Virus record (IMG/VR): IMGVR_UViG_3300027782_000032 | Span: 96,001 to 160,000 of that record | Strand: one strand, 5' to 3' | DNA from: a virus | Length of the DNA: 64,000 nucleotides | Shown: positions 17,773-27,399 of the stretch, piece by piece | How the letters are laid out: each line of letters opens with the position of its first letter | Numbering within the stretch: the first letter of the stretch is position 1 | Program-made: the position numbers and the translations under genes | The notes under the pieces: model-generated | What the model was told of the DNA's origin: nothing | The model's database searches: none | What the model saw: only the letters and a program-made list of their open reading frames with translations

Positions 17773-18537
17773 TTAGTCAATAAAGCTTTTTAGATACTTC
17801 TCATAGTATGGATGTAAGCCCTGTTTTGGTCTACTGTCTATTCTAGGAGCTGACCACAGCCTAAGCGCATGTATGAAGTCTCCCCTAAGCACGTCCTTAC
17901 TAGCTATAGCCTTAGCTAGTTCAGACTCCCACATTGCAGCTAAAGAGTGGTCTGGCTTATACCAAGGCTGCTCAGGCTCTTTTGTGTAATGAATAAGTCT
18001 AGTAGTTGACTCTTCATAAGTATTAAGATGGTTCCAATAGTTAGGGATGCTCATTGGCATCTCTTTCATAAAAGTAAGATGCATAAAGTTAGGGTAAGAG
18101 TACCCGTTCTTTAACATATTCCAAAGTTCCTCTGGAATCCAACCACAGGTTTCGCAGTTTATAACCATTACAGATGTGTTAGGCCAAGGGTTCTTAGGGC
18201 TAAACTTGTCAACTTGATAAGTACACGCTACCGACTGAGCACCGGTCATAAGCTTTGAATAGTTCCATAACTCAGCAATATCGCCCAGCACCAGCTGATC
18301 TGCGTCAAGGTATATGGCATGTCCTTCAAATCCGCACGCTGCTGGAATCATAAACCTTCTTAGGCTAAACCCAGTCCCTTGGTGCAAGCCTCTTGGAACT
18401 TGCCAAGAAGGTCCAACCATGGCAGTAATCTCTACAGGCATAGAGCAATGCCTTCGTATAGAATGACCGAGCACGTCAAGCGGTACCTTGGTCTTCTCTT
18501 CAGTGCCTACAAATATACGTATCGTTTCTTCTGTCAT
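17773..18537 (-). CDS. GT8-like glycosyltransferase
   Basis: IRIFVG..HSI..GTGFSLRRF.IP..AIYLDADQ..DIAELW..SVMVIN..WNHL..LIHYT. Confidence 0.8.
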   Translation of the reverse strand: MTEETIRIFVGTEEKTKVPLDVLGHSIRRHCSMPVEITAMVGPSWQVPRGLHQGTGFSLRRFMIPAACGFEGHAIYLDADQLVLGDIAELWNYSKLMTGAQSVACTYQVDKFSPKNPWPNTSVMVINCETCGWIPEELWNMLKNGYSYPNFMHLTFMKEMPMSIPNYWNHLNTYEESTTRLIHYTKEPEQPWYKPDHSLAAMWESELAKAIASKDVLRGDFIHALRLWSAPRIDSRPKQGLHPYYEKYLKSFID

Positions 18538-18606
18538 AGCTTGTTCCTTAGTCCAGCAAAGTTAACTTAGCGAGCTCCTTAGTTAACGCAAACGCGTTTC
18601 CGTGAA

Positions 18607-19221
18607 CTAAGGAACTTTGAATAAAGGTTTTACACTAACTCCAAAGGTTTTGGAAGCCAACTTAAACTCATTGTACTGTCCTTTAAATGAAGTCCTTCCG
18701 TTGGCAAGCCTAGACTCCTCATTAAATGCCTTAGAGTATTCAGTACCCTCGTCTACTCCAAGCGTAAATATTTCTTTTACTCCTGAGCTGGCTAACAGGT
18801 TTACAGCGGCGACAGCGCTAAACAGCTTTACCCTAACCACTGGACCTGACTGTATCATAAGCTTGCTAGATCTAGAGCTGTTGTACCACAACACCGGAAC
18901 ATTTACGCTCAAACTCTTATCAGAGAACAAGTTTAGAGCTGTTTTACCACAAGGCACAAAGTTAACGTGAGGCTCCCAAGGTGTTACAATATGTTGGCAA
19001 AGGTTATCGCTTACCGACGTTTTGATTACGTCAAAATCAATAACATGACCTAGCAGGCATGGTATCTTAAACATGACATGGTTTAAACCAACCACGTGGT
19101 AAGAGTCTAAATCTATATCTGCAACCCTATCAAATGATGGGCCTTTGCCTACTATCAACCAAGGCTTGTAAAACAGATTAGACTTAAACCAATCAAAGAA
19201 ACTGATTAGGTTTAAGGTCAC
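18607..19221 (-). CDS. DUF115/GT29-like glycosylation-associated protein
   Basis: WLIVGKGPS..VGLN..TLGVD, parallel to the N-domain of 15850-17763. Confidence 0.55.
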   Translation of the reverse strand: MTLNLISFFDWFKSNLFYKPWLIVGKGPSFDRVADIDLDSYHVVGLNHVMFKIPCLLGHVIDFDVIKTSVSDNLCQHIVTPWEPHVNFVPCGKTALNLFSDKSLSVNVPVLWYNSSRSSKLMIQSGPVVRVKLFSAVAAVNLLASSGVKEIFTLGVDEGTEYSKAFNEESRLANGRTSFKGQYNEFKLASKTFGVSVKPLFKVP

Positions 19222-19985
19222 AGATTGTTACCATTAACTAAAACATCTAAATAGGTACCAGGGCTCTCTACAAGCTTCTTAAGCATCTTGGCTTCTGAAG
19301 CCTCATGGTCTTCTATACGAATGTAATGATCGCACATACCTGATACTGCTAGTCTTGTTAACTTAGGAAACCTGCTACCTGCTCCGTGGTGGTAAAACAT
19401 ATGGCCGTATACAGCACCCAGCAGCGGGTGGTAGTTAACCTTGTTTGTCCTTATCAAAGGTACAATCTTATTCATGAAAGGAACTAGTCCTGTACCAACG
19501 TCGCTTACTTCCTTACCAAGCATATTAAACGTAGACTTTGGATCGAAGCTTGCATCAGAATCAAAGAACTCTTTACTAGCAAAGAAAACGCAAGGGTGAG
19601 GAAACACGTCAAAGTTCTCAAACCTTACTACTGCAGCAGCTATCCTATTCTTCATCTCTAGCATTCTCTTGCATATAGGGAACCAGTCAGCCCTAAATGG
19701 AAAGGCATCGCTGTCTAGTAACAGCAGCCACTTATAGTCGCTCTCTTTAAACGCTTTTACTATTGGCTTGAGGCCGTCAGCATGTCCCTTGTTATTTTTA
19801 AATGAAGCTATTACTTTGTAACCCTTTTCAACCCATGGCTCTTCCATGGCAGCGTTTAGCACTACGTGCTTATCCATCTTAACGCCTATAGACCTGTTTA
19901 AAAAGAATGACTGTAGGTTTGACCAAGCTTCGTTCCTGTTAGAAGTAGAGGCAACGGTCGCCATCATAACGCTATCTTCGTTCAT
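19218..19985 (-). CDS. GT-A fold glycosyltransferase-like protein
   Basis: LLLLDSDAFP DxD; PHPCVFF; FYHHGAGSR. Confidence 0.6.
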   Translation of the reverse strand: MNEDSVMMATVASTSNRNEAWSNLQSFFLNRSIGVKMDKHVVLNAAMEEPWVEKGYKVIASFKNNKGHADGLKPIVKAFKESDYKWLLLLDSDAFPFRADWFPICKRMLEMKNRIAAAVVRFENFDVFPHPCVFFASKEFFDSDASFDPKSTFNMLGKEVSDVGTGLVPFMNKIVPLIRTNKVNYHPLLGAVYGHMFYHHGAGSRFPKLTRLAVSGMCDHYIRIEDHEASEAKMLKKLVESPGTYLDVLVNGNNL

Positions 19986-20008
19986 GCTATACCTTTCTTT
20001 TTAAAAGT

Positions 20009-20536
20009 TTAATCTACATCTACTAAGCTATCAGACATTGCTAACTTAGGTGCATCGCTAGTTCTTACTCCGTCTATATATACAGCACACCAAAAGTTAT
20101 AGCCATCCTTACTACAAGACCTACCCATTCCAAATTGAGTATAGTCGCCTAGAATGATGGGTCTATGAGTTAAAGAGTTGAACCAAGTCTTCATAACTGC
20201 TGATGGGTCATCAGTCATGGAGAATGATATGCACTCTCCTATGTTGGAAGGCTCTTCTCCAACTATAGTTAGCCTCTGAGAAGGCCCAAAGAAGCTAAAG
20301 CCTAAATGAGAAACAGATTGTGTATTAGCCATCCACACAGCATGAGCCTGAGCGACTGTGCAGCAGCTCTCACTAATGACTAACGGAGCTAGGTCGTACA
20401 CGCTCCTAGTCTTGTTGTGTAGGTCCAACATTGTATTGCACTCTTTGCTAGTTGGCATGTCTGCATCCCTGCCTTGCTTGCGCCTCGATGATACATCGAA
20501 GAGCATGCTTAAGAAGCTACTGATCACATTCATCAC
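20009..20536 (-). CDS. CAP/SCP domain protein
   Basis: LHNKTR..AQAHAVWMA..H..GECI..WFNSLTHR..ILG..FGMG. Confidence 0.85.
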   Translation of the reverse strand: MMNVISSFLSMLFDVSSRRKQGRDADMPTSKECNTMLDLHNKTRSVYDLAPLVISESCCTVAQAHAVWMANTQSVSHLGFSFFGPSQRLTIVGEEPSNIGECISFSMTDDPSAVMKTWFNSLTHRPIILGDYTQFGMGRSCSKDGYNFWCAVYIDGVRTSDAPKLAMSDSLVDVD

Positions 20537-22440
20537 ATAACCCCATATTGCTGCTGTAGTATAGATCTAGCACCTGCTGTCTGAGCCTGTTGTCTGATGT
20601 TGCCTATAGTCTGCTTAACCAAGCTGTGAATAACTGGGTCTTGAGACTTGAGCTTAGTCATCTCAGATTGCCTCTGAGACTCAGGCATGGACATCAGCTG
20701 GTCTGCAAGTGTTTGAGCCTTTGACTGCAAATCTTGAGGCGTTACTTTCTGGTTAGGAGATGTAGGCGTAGCTAACGACATACCTTGAGCTGCTGCTCCA
20801 GCTGCTCCAGCCGGAGGAGCCTGCCCTGGAGCAGGAGGAGCTCCATAGCCTGGAGGCTGCTGGCCTTCTTGTCCTTGCTGTCCTTGCTGTATCTGATCTA
20901 TAACAGGAGGAGCCATTTGCTCCATTAGTGCAGACTGATCCATATCCTCTTGCATCTTAGCCTGCTCTTCTTGTTTAAACCTTTCTTCTTCCATCATCTG
21001 ACGCTGCTCATCCTTGAAGTTGAGCCCAAGGCTTCTGAGAACGCCTGTCTGACTTACCTGCTGTGACTGCATCAACTGCATCTTGGACATGATAAGCTGT
21101 ACATCGTCTAGAATGCTTGGCCTAATCAGTTTGCATACTGCAGGCTCCCATCCAAACGCGTCGCCTATGTCCTTAGTTAACTGCCTCAGGAATGCGTTTA
21201 GGCAATGCACTAGATAGTACCAGCTAGACTCAAACAGCCTAATAGCTGGAAGAGCAGCTTGAAGATTCAATGTGCCACGATATAACTCTGCAGGCATACC
21301 AAACCCGTTGAGCAACATGTTGATGCCTGACTCTAATAGATCGTTAGGTGCTAGGTTCTTAGCCTCTCCACCTAGCGATTGATACTGAATAGGAGTGCTA
21401 AGGAAGTGCCACGCTGCTGGGTCTTTCCTTCTCTTCCTAAGCATGGCTTGGACCTGTCCTCTAAGACCTCCTAAGTCCATGTTCATTAAAGGGTCTCCAC
21501 CTTCTGGCAGGGAGCTAGACTGCGGCTGAGGGCTTAGAACCCTAAACGGAATAACGTAGTCCAATGCTATAGCTTCATTGTATCTGTGAAGAACTTGGCA
21601 ATACCAAGCGTGTCTGAAGTTAACCAGAGTTCTAGAGATGCCCCAACCTCTAGACCTTACGCCTGAAAGGGTTGGTTCGTACATATGGTGAATAGCGCCT
21701 TTATCAAACAATAAGAAGCCATTAGCTGCTACTGCCTCTACAATCTCCCATGGTACAGTTTCAAGTACCTGTGGATCTCCTCTTCTTACCTGCATTCTAT
21801 AGTCCTCTGGTATACGCCAGAGGTAGTCTCGGTTATCGCGTACAGGGTCGTGCCTGATCTCCATCTCTACTGCAGGCCATCTTCTTACTCTTACTTCGTC
21901 TATCTCGTTGGTTCTTCTGTCTGTTCTTTTCCAAATGCCTGTGTACTTACACTTAGGGCAGTTAGCGCTAAAGTCTGGCATCTTCCACTTAAATGCGAAG
22001 TTAGAGTTATTGATAACTTCCTTAAGTGGAACATCAAGGAAGCATTGAGGACAGGCAAGATAACGCCTGAACGGTACAACAAGCGTAGTAAAGCTATTAC
22101 CATAACATAAGAAGTCCAAGCCTACAGAGTGGAGAATAGTTCTTATGTCTAAGGTCTCGTTCAAGAAAGTCTCGTACTTTTCTCTCTCGTCGTCGCCTAT
22201 GTTCTTGTTGCCTACGCCCTTGATCTCTATCTCGGTTATAAAATAGCTGAGAATACGCCTAGCGGCTTCTCTGATCATTGAGTTGGAATTGAATATGAAC
22301 TCGCAATAGCGTAGAGCGTCGCGTATGTTCTCTGGCATTACGGTGCTAGCGTAATCCATGAATGGGTCTGGAAACGGCTCATCACCCCTATTGTTAAGGG
22401 CCCATCCTCTACCTAACGCACCTTCAGAGTAATCAGACAT
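20533..22440 (-). CDS. Phage portal-like protein with a Zn-ribbon insert
   Basis: 635 aa; DFLCYGNSF, IHH, GWGISRTL portal-type motifs; CPQC..CPKC insert; Q/P/G-rich tail. Confidence 0.6.
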   Translation of the reverse strand: MSDYSEGALGRGWALNNRGDEPFPDPFMDYASTVMPENIRDALRYCEFIFNSNSMIREAARRILSYFITEIEIKGVGNKNIGDDEREKYETFLNETLDIRTILHSVGLDFLCYGNSFTTLVVPFRRYLACPQCFLDVPLKEVINNSNFAFKWKMPDFSANCPKCKYTGIWKRTDRRTNEIDEVRVRRWPAVEMEIRHDPVRDNRDYLWRIPEDYRMQVRRGDPQVLETVPWEIVEAVAANGFLLFDKGAIHHMYEPTLSGVRSRGWGISRTLVNFRHAWYCQVLHRYNEAIALDYVIPFRVLSPQPQSSSLPEGGDPLMNMDLGGLRGQVQAMLRKRRKDPAAWHFLSTPIQYQSLGGEAKNLAPNDLLESGINMLLNGFGMPAELYRGTLNLQAALPAIRLFESSWYYLVHCLNAFLRQLTKDIGDAFGWEPAVCKLIRPSILDDVQLIMSKMQLMQSQQVSQTGVLRSLGLNFKDEQRQMMEEERFKQEEQAKMQEDMDQSALMEQMAPPVIDQIQQGQQGQEGQQPPGYGAPPAPGQAPPAGAAGAAAQGMSLATPTSPNQKVTPQDLQSKAQTLADQLMSMPESQRQSEMTKLKSQDPVIHSLVKQTIGNIRQQAQTAGARSILQQQYGVM

Positions 22441-22479
22441 TGTAAGATAGGCCTCCTGCCTCGTTACTATATTTAAGTA

Positions 22480-23283
22480 TTAAAGGACGCCTTCTTCTAT
22501 AACCTTTGCAGGGTCGACGTCTCTTTTGCTAGCTCTATCATCATACTCTTTTTGTGGAGACGTCTCCACTGGCTTATCTTCAACAAGCTCTTGTATTAGT
22601 TCAGCCGGCATAGACTTCTCTTGAGAGATTGGAACCAAGCAATGCTCGTAAGGTCCAAACTTGTGCTGAAGAATAGGAGGTTTAACTATAAACAAGCTGT
22701 CTATACCTTCTACCATCACCCCTATGTAAGCGTCAGCCTCGTTAGCTAGTTTGCTGGTAAACGGATAAAACTCTCCAGGCCCTGCATACCTCATATCAGT
22801 TGTAAGCACTAGATACCCTGGGGTTATTGTAGCACCGTGATACTTGTAGTTTAAAGTTGCTAAGCTTGGCATGTCAAAGTACACCCTTACCATAGGAGGT
22901 GTAACTGATGCCTCTGGCAGCTGTGCTGCAGGATGAACATGATTAGCACCATCAATCGTAGATGCTACCGTGCCTAGACTAGGAGGAGTAGTAGCAGATG
23001 CAGTAGTAGAGAATCGCCTTAAGTTATCAGATATCATCTTGGACCTTTCTGCTTGAGCAAGTTTTCTAAGGTCCTGACTATTGTCATCTTTGACCTTGTA
23101 AGGATTGGCTGTTGGCTTAATAGTATTTAAATCAATAACAAAGGAGTCACTCTCGTGCGGGTCTACTATCATCTTGGTAACTGATCTGCTGTGGTCTATA
23201 GTAGACCCTCCTGTTACTGGTGCTAGTCTTGAATCTGACATTAGTGAATCCTTCCTAAGTTTAACTCTACTGTAACCTAACAC
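22480..23283 (-). CDS. Hypothetical protein
   Basis: 267-aa ORF directly upstream of the portal-like gene. Confidence 0.65.
   Translation of the reverse strand: MLGYSRVKLRKDSLMSDSRLAPVTGGSTIDHSRSVTKMIVDPHESDSFVIDLNTIKPTANPYKVKDDNSQDLRKLAQAERSKMISDNLRRFSTTASATTPPSLGTVASTIDGANHVHPAAQLPEASVTPPMVRVYFDMPSLATLNYKYHGATITPGYLVLTTDMRYAGPGEFYPFTSKLANEADAYIGVMVEGIDSLFIVKPPILQHKFGPYEHCLVPISQEKSMPAELIQELVEDKPVETSPQKEYDDRASKRDVDPAKVIEEGVL
22554..22569. promoter_or_regulatory. Palindrome site 5 (in CDS, frame V-E-T-S-P)
   Basis: GTGGAGACGTCTCCAC. Confidence 0.8.
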
Positions 23284-23316
23284 AGCGTTTTACTGTTTAT
23301 AAGGATAATAAGCAAC

Positions 23317-23454
23317 ATGATATCTTACGAAGAAGTAGATATATATAAGTTTTTTAGCCTACTGCTTATCGTAGCGGCTGTCTACCTATTAGCTCTAGGT
23401 ATACCTATTATACTTGATATCTTATTGTCAGATCCTTTTGACGACCATAGCTGA
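23317..23454 (+). CDS. 45-aa single-TM small protein (below the ORF-track cutoff)
   Basis: MISYEEVDIYKFFSLLLIVAAVYLLALGIPIILDILLSDPFDDHS; AAGGA upstream; its TGA stop is the first triplet of the junction motif. Confidence 0.4.
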   Translation: MISYEEVDIYKFFSLLLIVAAVYLLALGIPIILDILLSDPFDDHS

Positions 23455-23501
23455 TAGCTAAAAAAAACAATCCGACGCCCTCCTAAGAGGGAATCGGATT
23501 G
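23452..23501 (-). terminator. Cassette F terminator with junction motif
   Basis: TGATAGCT-A-tract then CAATCCGA..CCCTC-CTAA-GAGGG..TCGGATTG. Confidence 0.8.
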
Positions 23502-23507
23502 TGAGTT

Positions 23508-24158
23508 TTACTTGGTGACAGACTGCCGTGGCAGCCTTACCCTATTAGGCTGGAAGAACTTGTACAGCTCCTCCAGACCAAGTCCGGCAGCCTCCAAGGA
23601 GGACCTGGTAACCACCTGAGGCTTTGGTAAGCCGTCTTGATCTACGAGTCCGTCTACGCACTCGTATATTCTAGCTGGCTCAGCTAAAACCGAATCCTCC
23701 AAAATGGCGCATGGCGCCATTCTGTATGGCGCCATCAACTTGATGGAGCCAAGAAGCGCAGCCTCTAGGGCCTCTGGAGCTTCCGCACCAGAAGCTATAG
23801 AAAGAGACTCAAGACTGACGTCGTCCGAAGACGACATCATTCCGTAACCAATTGGAAGTGCAACTGCCTGAGGGATTAGATCGCCCGTATCGAACCGGTC
23901 CAAAGCCCGGTCGAACGCCCTCCTGTTGGAGGGGGATCTTTTGCAGAAAGGCCTAAAGGCCTTTCCCAGAGGATCGATTGCTTGCCTAGCCACGTACCCG
24001 TAAGGGTACGCCTTAGCCCTGGAAAACACGCCAACTACCCCGTTAGGGTAGCCGACAATAACGCCTGTTTGCCCTACAGGCAAAAAGGATTCTTTAAACC
24101 CCTCCTCCCATGCCGATGGAGTTATGGTGATTAGAGCCAAGTCCTTTAGCTGAGACAT
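23508..24158 (-). CDS. Hypothetical protein (cassette F, gene 2)
   Basis: 216 aa; visibly GC-rich; RBS AAGGAG. Confidence 0.65.
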   Translation of the reverse strand: MSQLKDLALITITPSAWEEGFKESFLPVGQTGVIVGYPNGVVGVFSRAKAYPYGYVARQAIDPLGKAFRPFCKRSPSNRRAFDRALDRFDTGDLIPQAVALPIGYGMMSSSDDVSLESLSIASGAEAPEALEAALLGSIKLMAPYRMAPCAILEDSVLAEPARIYECVDGLVDQDGLPKPQVVTRSSLEAAGLGLEELYKFFQPNRVRLPRQSVTK

Positions 24159-24176
24159 GCAGATACTCCTTGAAAA

Positions 24177-24458
24177 TTACTTCTTCTTTACCCATAGAAT
24201 ACTGTCCTTCGGGACAGTAAGCTGGGGCCTTGGGGCCCCTTTAGTATCGGGTCTCAGTGTGCAGGCCACTTGGCCATCACTCTGAGCCCTTCGTCGGACC
24301 ACTTCTCTGAGTGATCCTCCGTATTGGACATGTGGCCTGTAACCAGGGCCAGCACCGTCCTGGGATACCTTCCCATTTTTACCCTTTGAAAAGTTGACCC
24401 ATAAAAGGGCCACTACAAAGGAGGTCAACACAAGGCCTGCCACCGTGTTTTCAAACAT
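24177..24458 (-). CDS. Small membrane-anchored protein (cassette F, gene 1)
   Basis: N-terminal TM (VAGLVLTSFVVALLWV); start moved to MFENT (AAGGGG upstream). Confidence 0.55.
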   Translation of the reverse strand: MFENTVAGLVLTSFVVALLWVNFSKGKNGKVSQDGAGPGYRPHVQYGGSLREVVRRRAQSDGQVACTLRPDTKGAPRPQLTVPKDSILWVKKK

Positions 24459-24494
24459 GGCCGCCCCTTTCTGCCACCCATAAGGTAGCACTAT

Positions 24495-24522
24495 ATTATG
24501 ACGCGTTTAAGAGCTGGATTTA
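24495..24522 (-). promoter_or_regulatory. Conserved cassette promoter F, TAAATC-N16-CATAAT
   Basis: Same spacing and GCGTCATAAT as promoters A, C, D and E. Confidence 0.7.
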
Positions 24523-24523
24523 G

Positions 24524-24880
24524 CTAAGATTTGAAGTACTCATCATCGTCGTCAAACACCTCCATGTCGTCAAACATGGAGCCGTTAGGGTCTAATTCTG
24601 TACTCTTAGGCTCGTAAGAAAGGTCAGCCTCTACCTGTCCATCTGAATTGATTAACTTGCGTGGAGGAAGGGATATGTGCATCCTCTCTCCATAAAAGAC
24701 GTGGCAGCTCACCCGCTTGCCGTTGTAAGAACGGAGCTTCTCTACAAAGTCTTCCTTGCTACTGAAAGATAAACACTCAGGATAACCATGAGAGGGTACA
24801 ACAACGATGTGATATAAATCCTTCGCTGTCTGGCCCGAATCACTTTCGTTCAGGCCATTGTCCATTTTGGTTACCTTCAT
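24524..24880 (-). CDS. Hypothetical protein
   Basis: 118 aa, acidic C-terminus. Confidence 0.6.
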   Translation of the reverse strand: MKVTKMDNGLNESDSGQTAKDLYHIVVVPSHGYPECLSFSSKEDFVEKLRSYNGKRVSCHVFYGERMHISLPPRKLINSDGQVEADLSYEPKSTELDPNGSMFDDMEVFDDDDEYFKS

Positions 24881-25136
24881 AAATAGCAGTTATGGCTACC
24901 AGAACTGACCTTCTGGTCATCTCCTTGTCCAACCATCTGCTGTCCATTCCAGGTGCAGACGTTGCAACAATGGTGAACTGGTTATTGAACAGCCACTCGT
25001 TAATAGTGTCGTCCAATGGCTCGTTTATGCGTACAAGCCTCCAATCGTCTGGAGCTGCTCCAGCCGGTCGTTCGTAAACTCTCTCCTCTACGAACGTTTT
25101 TGTTTTGCGATATATGAAATCAGTTGGGTGGTTCAT
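24840..25136 (-). CDS. Hypothetical protein
   Basis: 98-aa ORF in operon. Confidence 0.55.
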   Translation of the reverse strand: MNHPTDFIYRKTKTFVEERVYERPAGAAPDDWRLVRINEPLDDTINEWLFNNQFTIVATSAPGMDSRWLDKEMTRRSVLVAITAIYEGNQNGQWPERK

Positions 25137-25797
25137 TGTTTACTACTTTCATTAAATACTTAGCTTCATAGCTAGCTGGACACTTAATTAGTTTAGGAAC
25201 TGGAAAGCCTTTGTACCCCCAGCTATGGGTTGAGCCGTCCATCTTCCACAGATAAGGCTCTATAGTCAAGCTCGGATCCTTAGGGTCTGGTATCCTAACC
25301 TTGACCATTTCACAAAGAAACATGTGACCTTTTGCACGATTAAGTATCGTAAACTTACCTATCGCCTTCTGTATAACGTGCCAGTGCTCTATCGGAACAA
25401 AGGATAGCATACGGTCATGTCCGCCGCTGTTATCAGGGTAATCAAGACCGTCGAATATGCGTCTGTTGAAGATAACATAGCTAACCAAGTTCTGATTATC
25501 AGACCATATCTGGTACTCTTTAAGAGGGTCAAAGTCCAAACCTCCCTTTGAGAAAAGAGCTGTATGGTTAAAGAATACAAAGTCATTAGAAAGGCTATGA
25601 AGTGAATCTGAAAGCTCAACCCTCTTCAAAGGAGGGAGCTTCTTAAGCTCTTCTAATGTTGGGTTCTCTATACCACCATCAACTACACCTTCGGCTACAG
25701 GGACCCTTCCCTCTAGCGTAGTTTCTGGTACGTCTTTAAGCCTAGCCTCTATCTCTTCTTGGCTTAGTCTCTTATCACTCATGGTTAGCCTTTGCAA
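25120..25797 (-). CDS. Hypothetical protein
   Basis: 225-aa ORF in operon. Confidence 0.6.
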   Translation of the reverse strand: MQRLTMSDKRLSQEEIEARLKDVPETTLEGRVPVAEGVVDGGIENPTLEELKKLPPLKRVELSDSLHSLSNDFVFFNHTALFSKGGLDFDPLKEYQIWSDNQNLVSYVIFNRRIFDGLDYPDNSGGHDRMLSFVPIEHWHVIQKAIGKFTILNRAKGHMFLCEMVKVRIPDPKDPSLTIEPYLWKMDGSTHSWGYKGFPVPKLIKCPASYEAKYLMKVVNNEPPN

Positions 25798-26833
25798 TAG
25801 TTAGGGTTACGTTGCCTAAACGATCCACCAACCATACTGATTTCTTATCTGATAAACAGTCAAACGGAGAACCTAAGTCATAAAAAGATTTTGTTACTTC
25901 TTGGTTCTGATCACCAATGTTGCTGTCAGTAGAGTGGAATGCTATTGTACAAATACCTTTTCCTGAGGTGTTAGTTCTGCATTTTTTGAAGCAGCATAAG
26001 GCTTCTTTGTACCTACCCCTTCTACCTATCTTGGAGCCTACCCTTCGCTCTGCTGCTGTTGCTTTTGGGTTGAACCCATGGCACAACTCATCCACTAGCA
26101 GCAAGTTTAGGGGAGTTAACTTACTTGATTCTTTAATTAAAGAGAACAAGCCATCCTTTGATCTTAGCTTGTCAGTCCAGTCATCTGGATGGATCTTCCT
26201 ATAGTACTTGTTAAACTTCTTGTTGTAGGACCTCATGCTAAGGTGGAGACAGTTCTGCAAGTTGTTCTCAGCGCAATCTAGGATGTGAGATATTACACAA
26301 TCTAGATCCTTTCTCTTTCCAAATACAACCATAGGAATAGACGAAGATACAGACTCAGTCATTCCTGCATCAAACCTGTAAGTCTGGTTACGCTTGTTGT
26401 CTACCTCTGCTATTACATTTTTAAGGGCAGCAGTCTTCTTACTTAAGTTAGTCGTCATGTCCCTCTTGTGGCTAGGAATAAACTTTGCCAAATAGCCAGC
26501 TACTCTCATGCAAGTCTTTGGCAGCAGGCACCTATCAATAGGAGTAGTTCTAGCAAGCGATAGAACATCCTTCTTAAGTCTTGCTATAGCTTCTTCTGAT
26601 GCCCCTGCAGCCTTTGCTTGAGATTCTAGGTCTTCTATAGCTCTCCACTGAAGCATCTGAGAAAGCCTTAAAGCGTCCATAAAATAAGCTGTAGTTGATG
26701 CTGCGCTAGGAGCTGACAATATTGTTTCTGCAGCTTTTACTTGACTTTCACTATCAAATGGCTTCTTCATATAATCCTTTCTTATAATTAAAACTGTAAG
26801 CCTGAACCATACTGCTCTATAAGAACAGAGCAA
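25775..26833 (-). CDS. Hypothetical protein, possibly a degenerate P-loop NTPase fold
   Basis: Walker-B-like LLLVDEL; no intact Walker A. Confidence 0.45.
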   Translation of the reverse strand: MLCSYRAVWFRLTVLIIRKDYMKKPFDSESQVKAAETILSAPSAASTTAYFMDALRLSQMLQWRAIEDLESQAKAAGASEEAIARLKKDVLSLARTTPIDRCLLPKTCMRVAGYLAKFIPSHKRDMTTNLSKKTAALKNVIAEVDNKRNQTYRFDAGMTESVSSSIPMVVFGKRKDLDCVISHILDCAENNLQNCLHLSMRSYNKKFNKYYRKIHPDDWTDKLRSKDGLFSLIKESSKLTPLNLLLVDELCHGFNPKATAAERRVGSKIGRRGRYKEALCCFKKCRTNTSGKGICTIAFHSTDSNIGDQNQEVTKSFYDLGSPFDCLSDKKSVWLVDRLGNVTLTIAKANHE

Positions 26834-27399
26834 ACATAAACTGCATCGGCTATGTTATCCACACCAGTGCTTTCATAGCCTTCTACTTCAAAGTTAAAAC
26901 CAAACTCTTTATTGCAAGCAGCGATAATATCGCTCTTGTTGGCGTTGCCCTTTCCAGTAGCTCTCTTTTTAATAGTACCGATAGGAATACCTGTAATAGG
27001 TATTCCCTGCGCCTCACACCAAGTAGCCGCAGTAGCTTTAAGCGCACCAAACCACTCGCAAGCAGGGGCGGCCCTAGCCAACAAAGCACCAACGCTTTGA
27101 AAGCCTGTATTAGGAGGAGTGTACCTAACGTCTTCAAATGCTACAAGGTCTGGCTTGATAGCAGCTAGAAAGTGTCTTAACCTTATAAACCTTATAGCTC
27201 CTGAGTCATAAGGCCCAGCTGATAAGTCCAGCTGACCAGCGTGCATTCTTCTCTCAGAAGAACCCTTAGTTAAAAAACAATAAGAGTATCCACAGGATGT
27301 TCCTAAATCTAATCCAAGAACTGTCATAGTACCTTCAGGTCTTACTGAAGATACTTTTTCTTTTAAAACTTCTGGGCATCTTTCCATGTCATGCTTCAT
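26788..27399 (-). CDS. ruvC: RuvC-like Holliday junction resolvase
   Basis: VLGLDLG..FED..KKRATGKGNANK..DNIADA. Confidence 0.85.
   Translation of the reverse strand: MKHDMERCPEVLKEKVSSVRPEGTMTVLGLDLGTSCGYSYCFLTKGSSERRMHAGQLDLSAGPYDSGAIRFIRLRHFLAAIKPDLVAFEDVRYTPPNTGFQSVGALLARAAPACEWFGALKATAATWCEAQGIPITGIPIGTIKKRATGKGNANKSDIIAACNKEFGFNFEVEGYESTGVDNIADAVYVCSVLIEQYGSGLQF

Noticed and set aside
25775-26833. Active AAA+/DnaC-like ATPase
   Set aside because: Only a Walker-B-like stretch; no GxxxxGK[ST].
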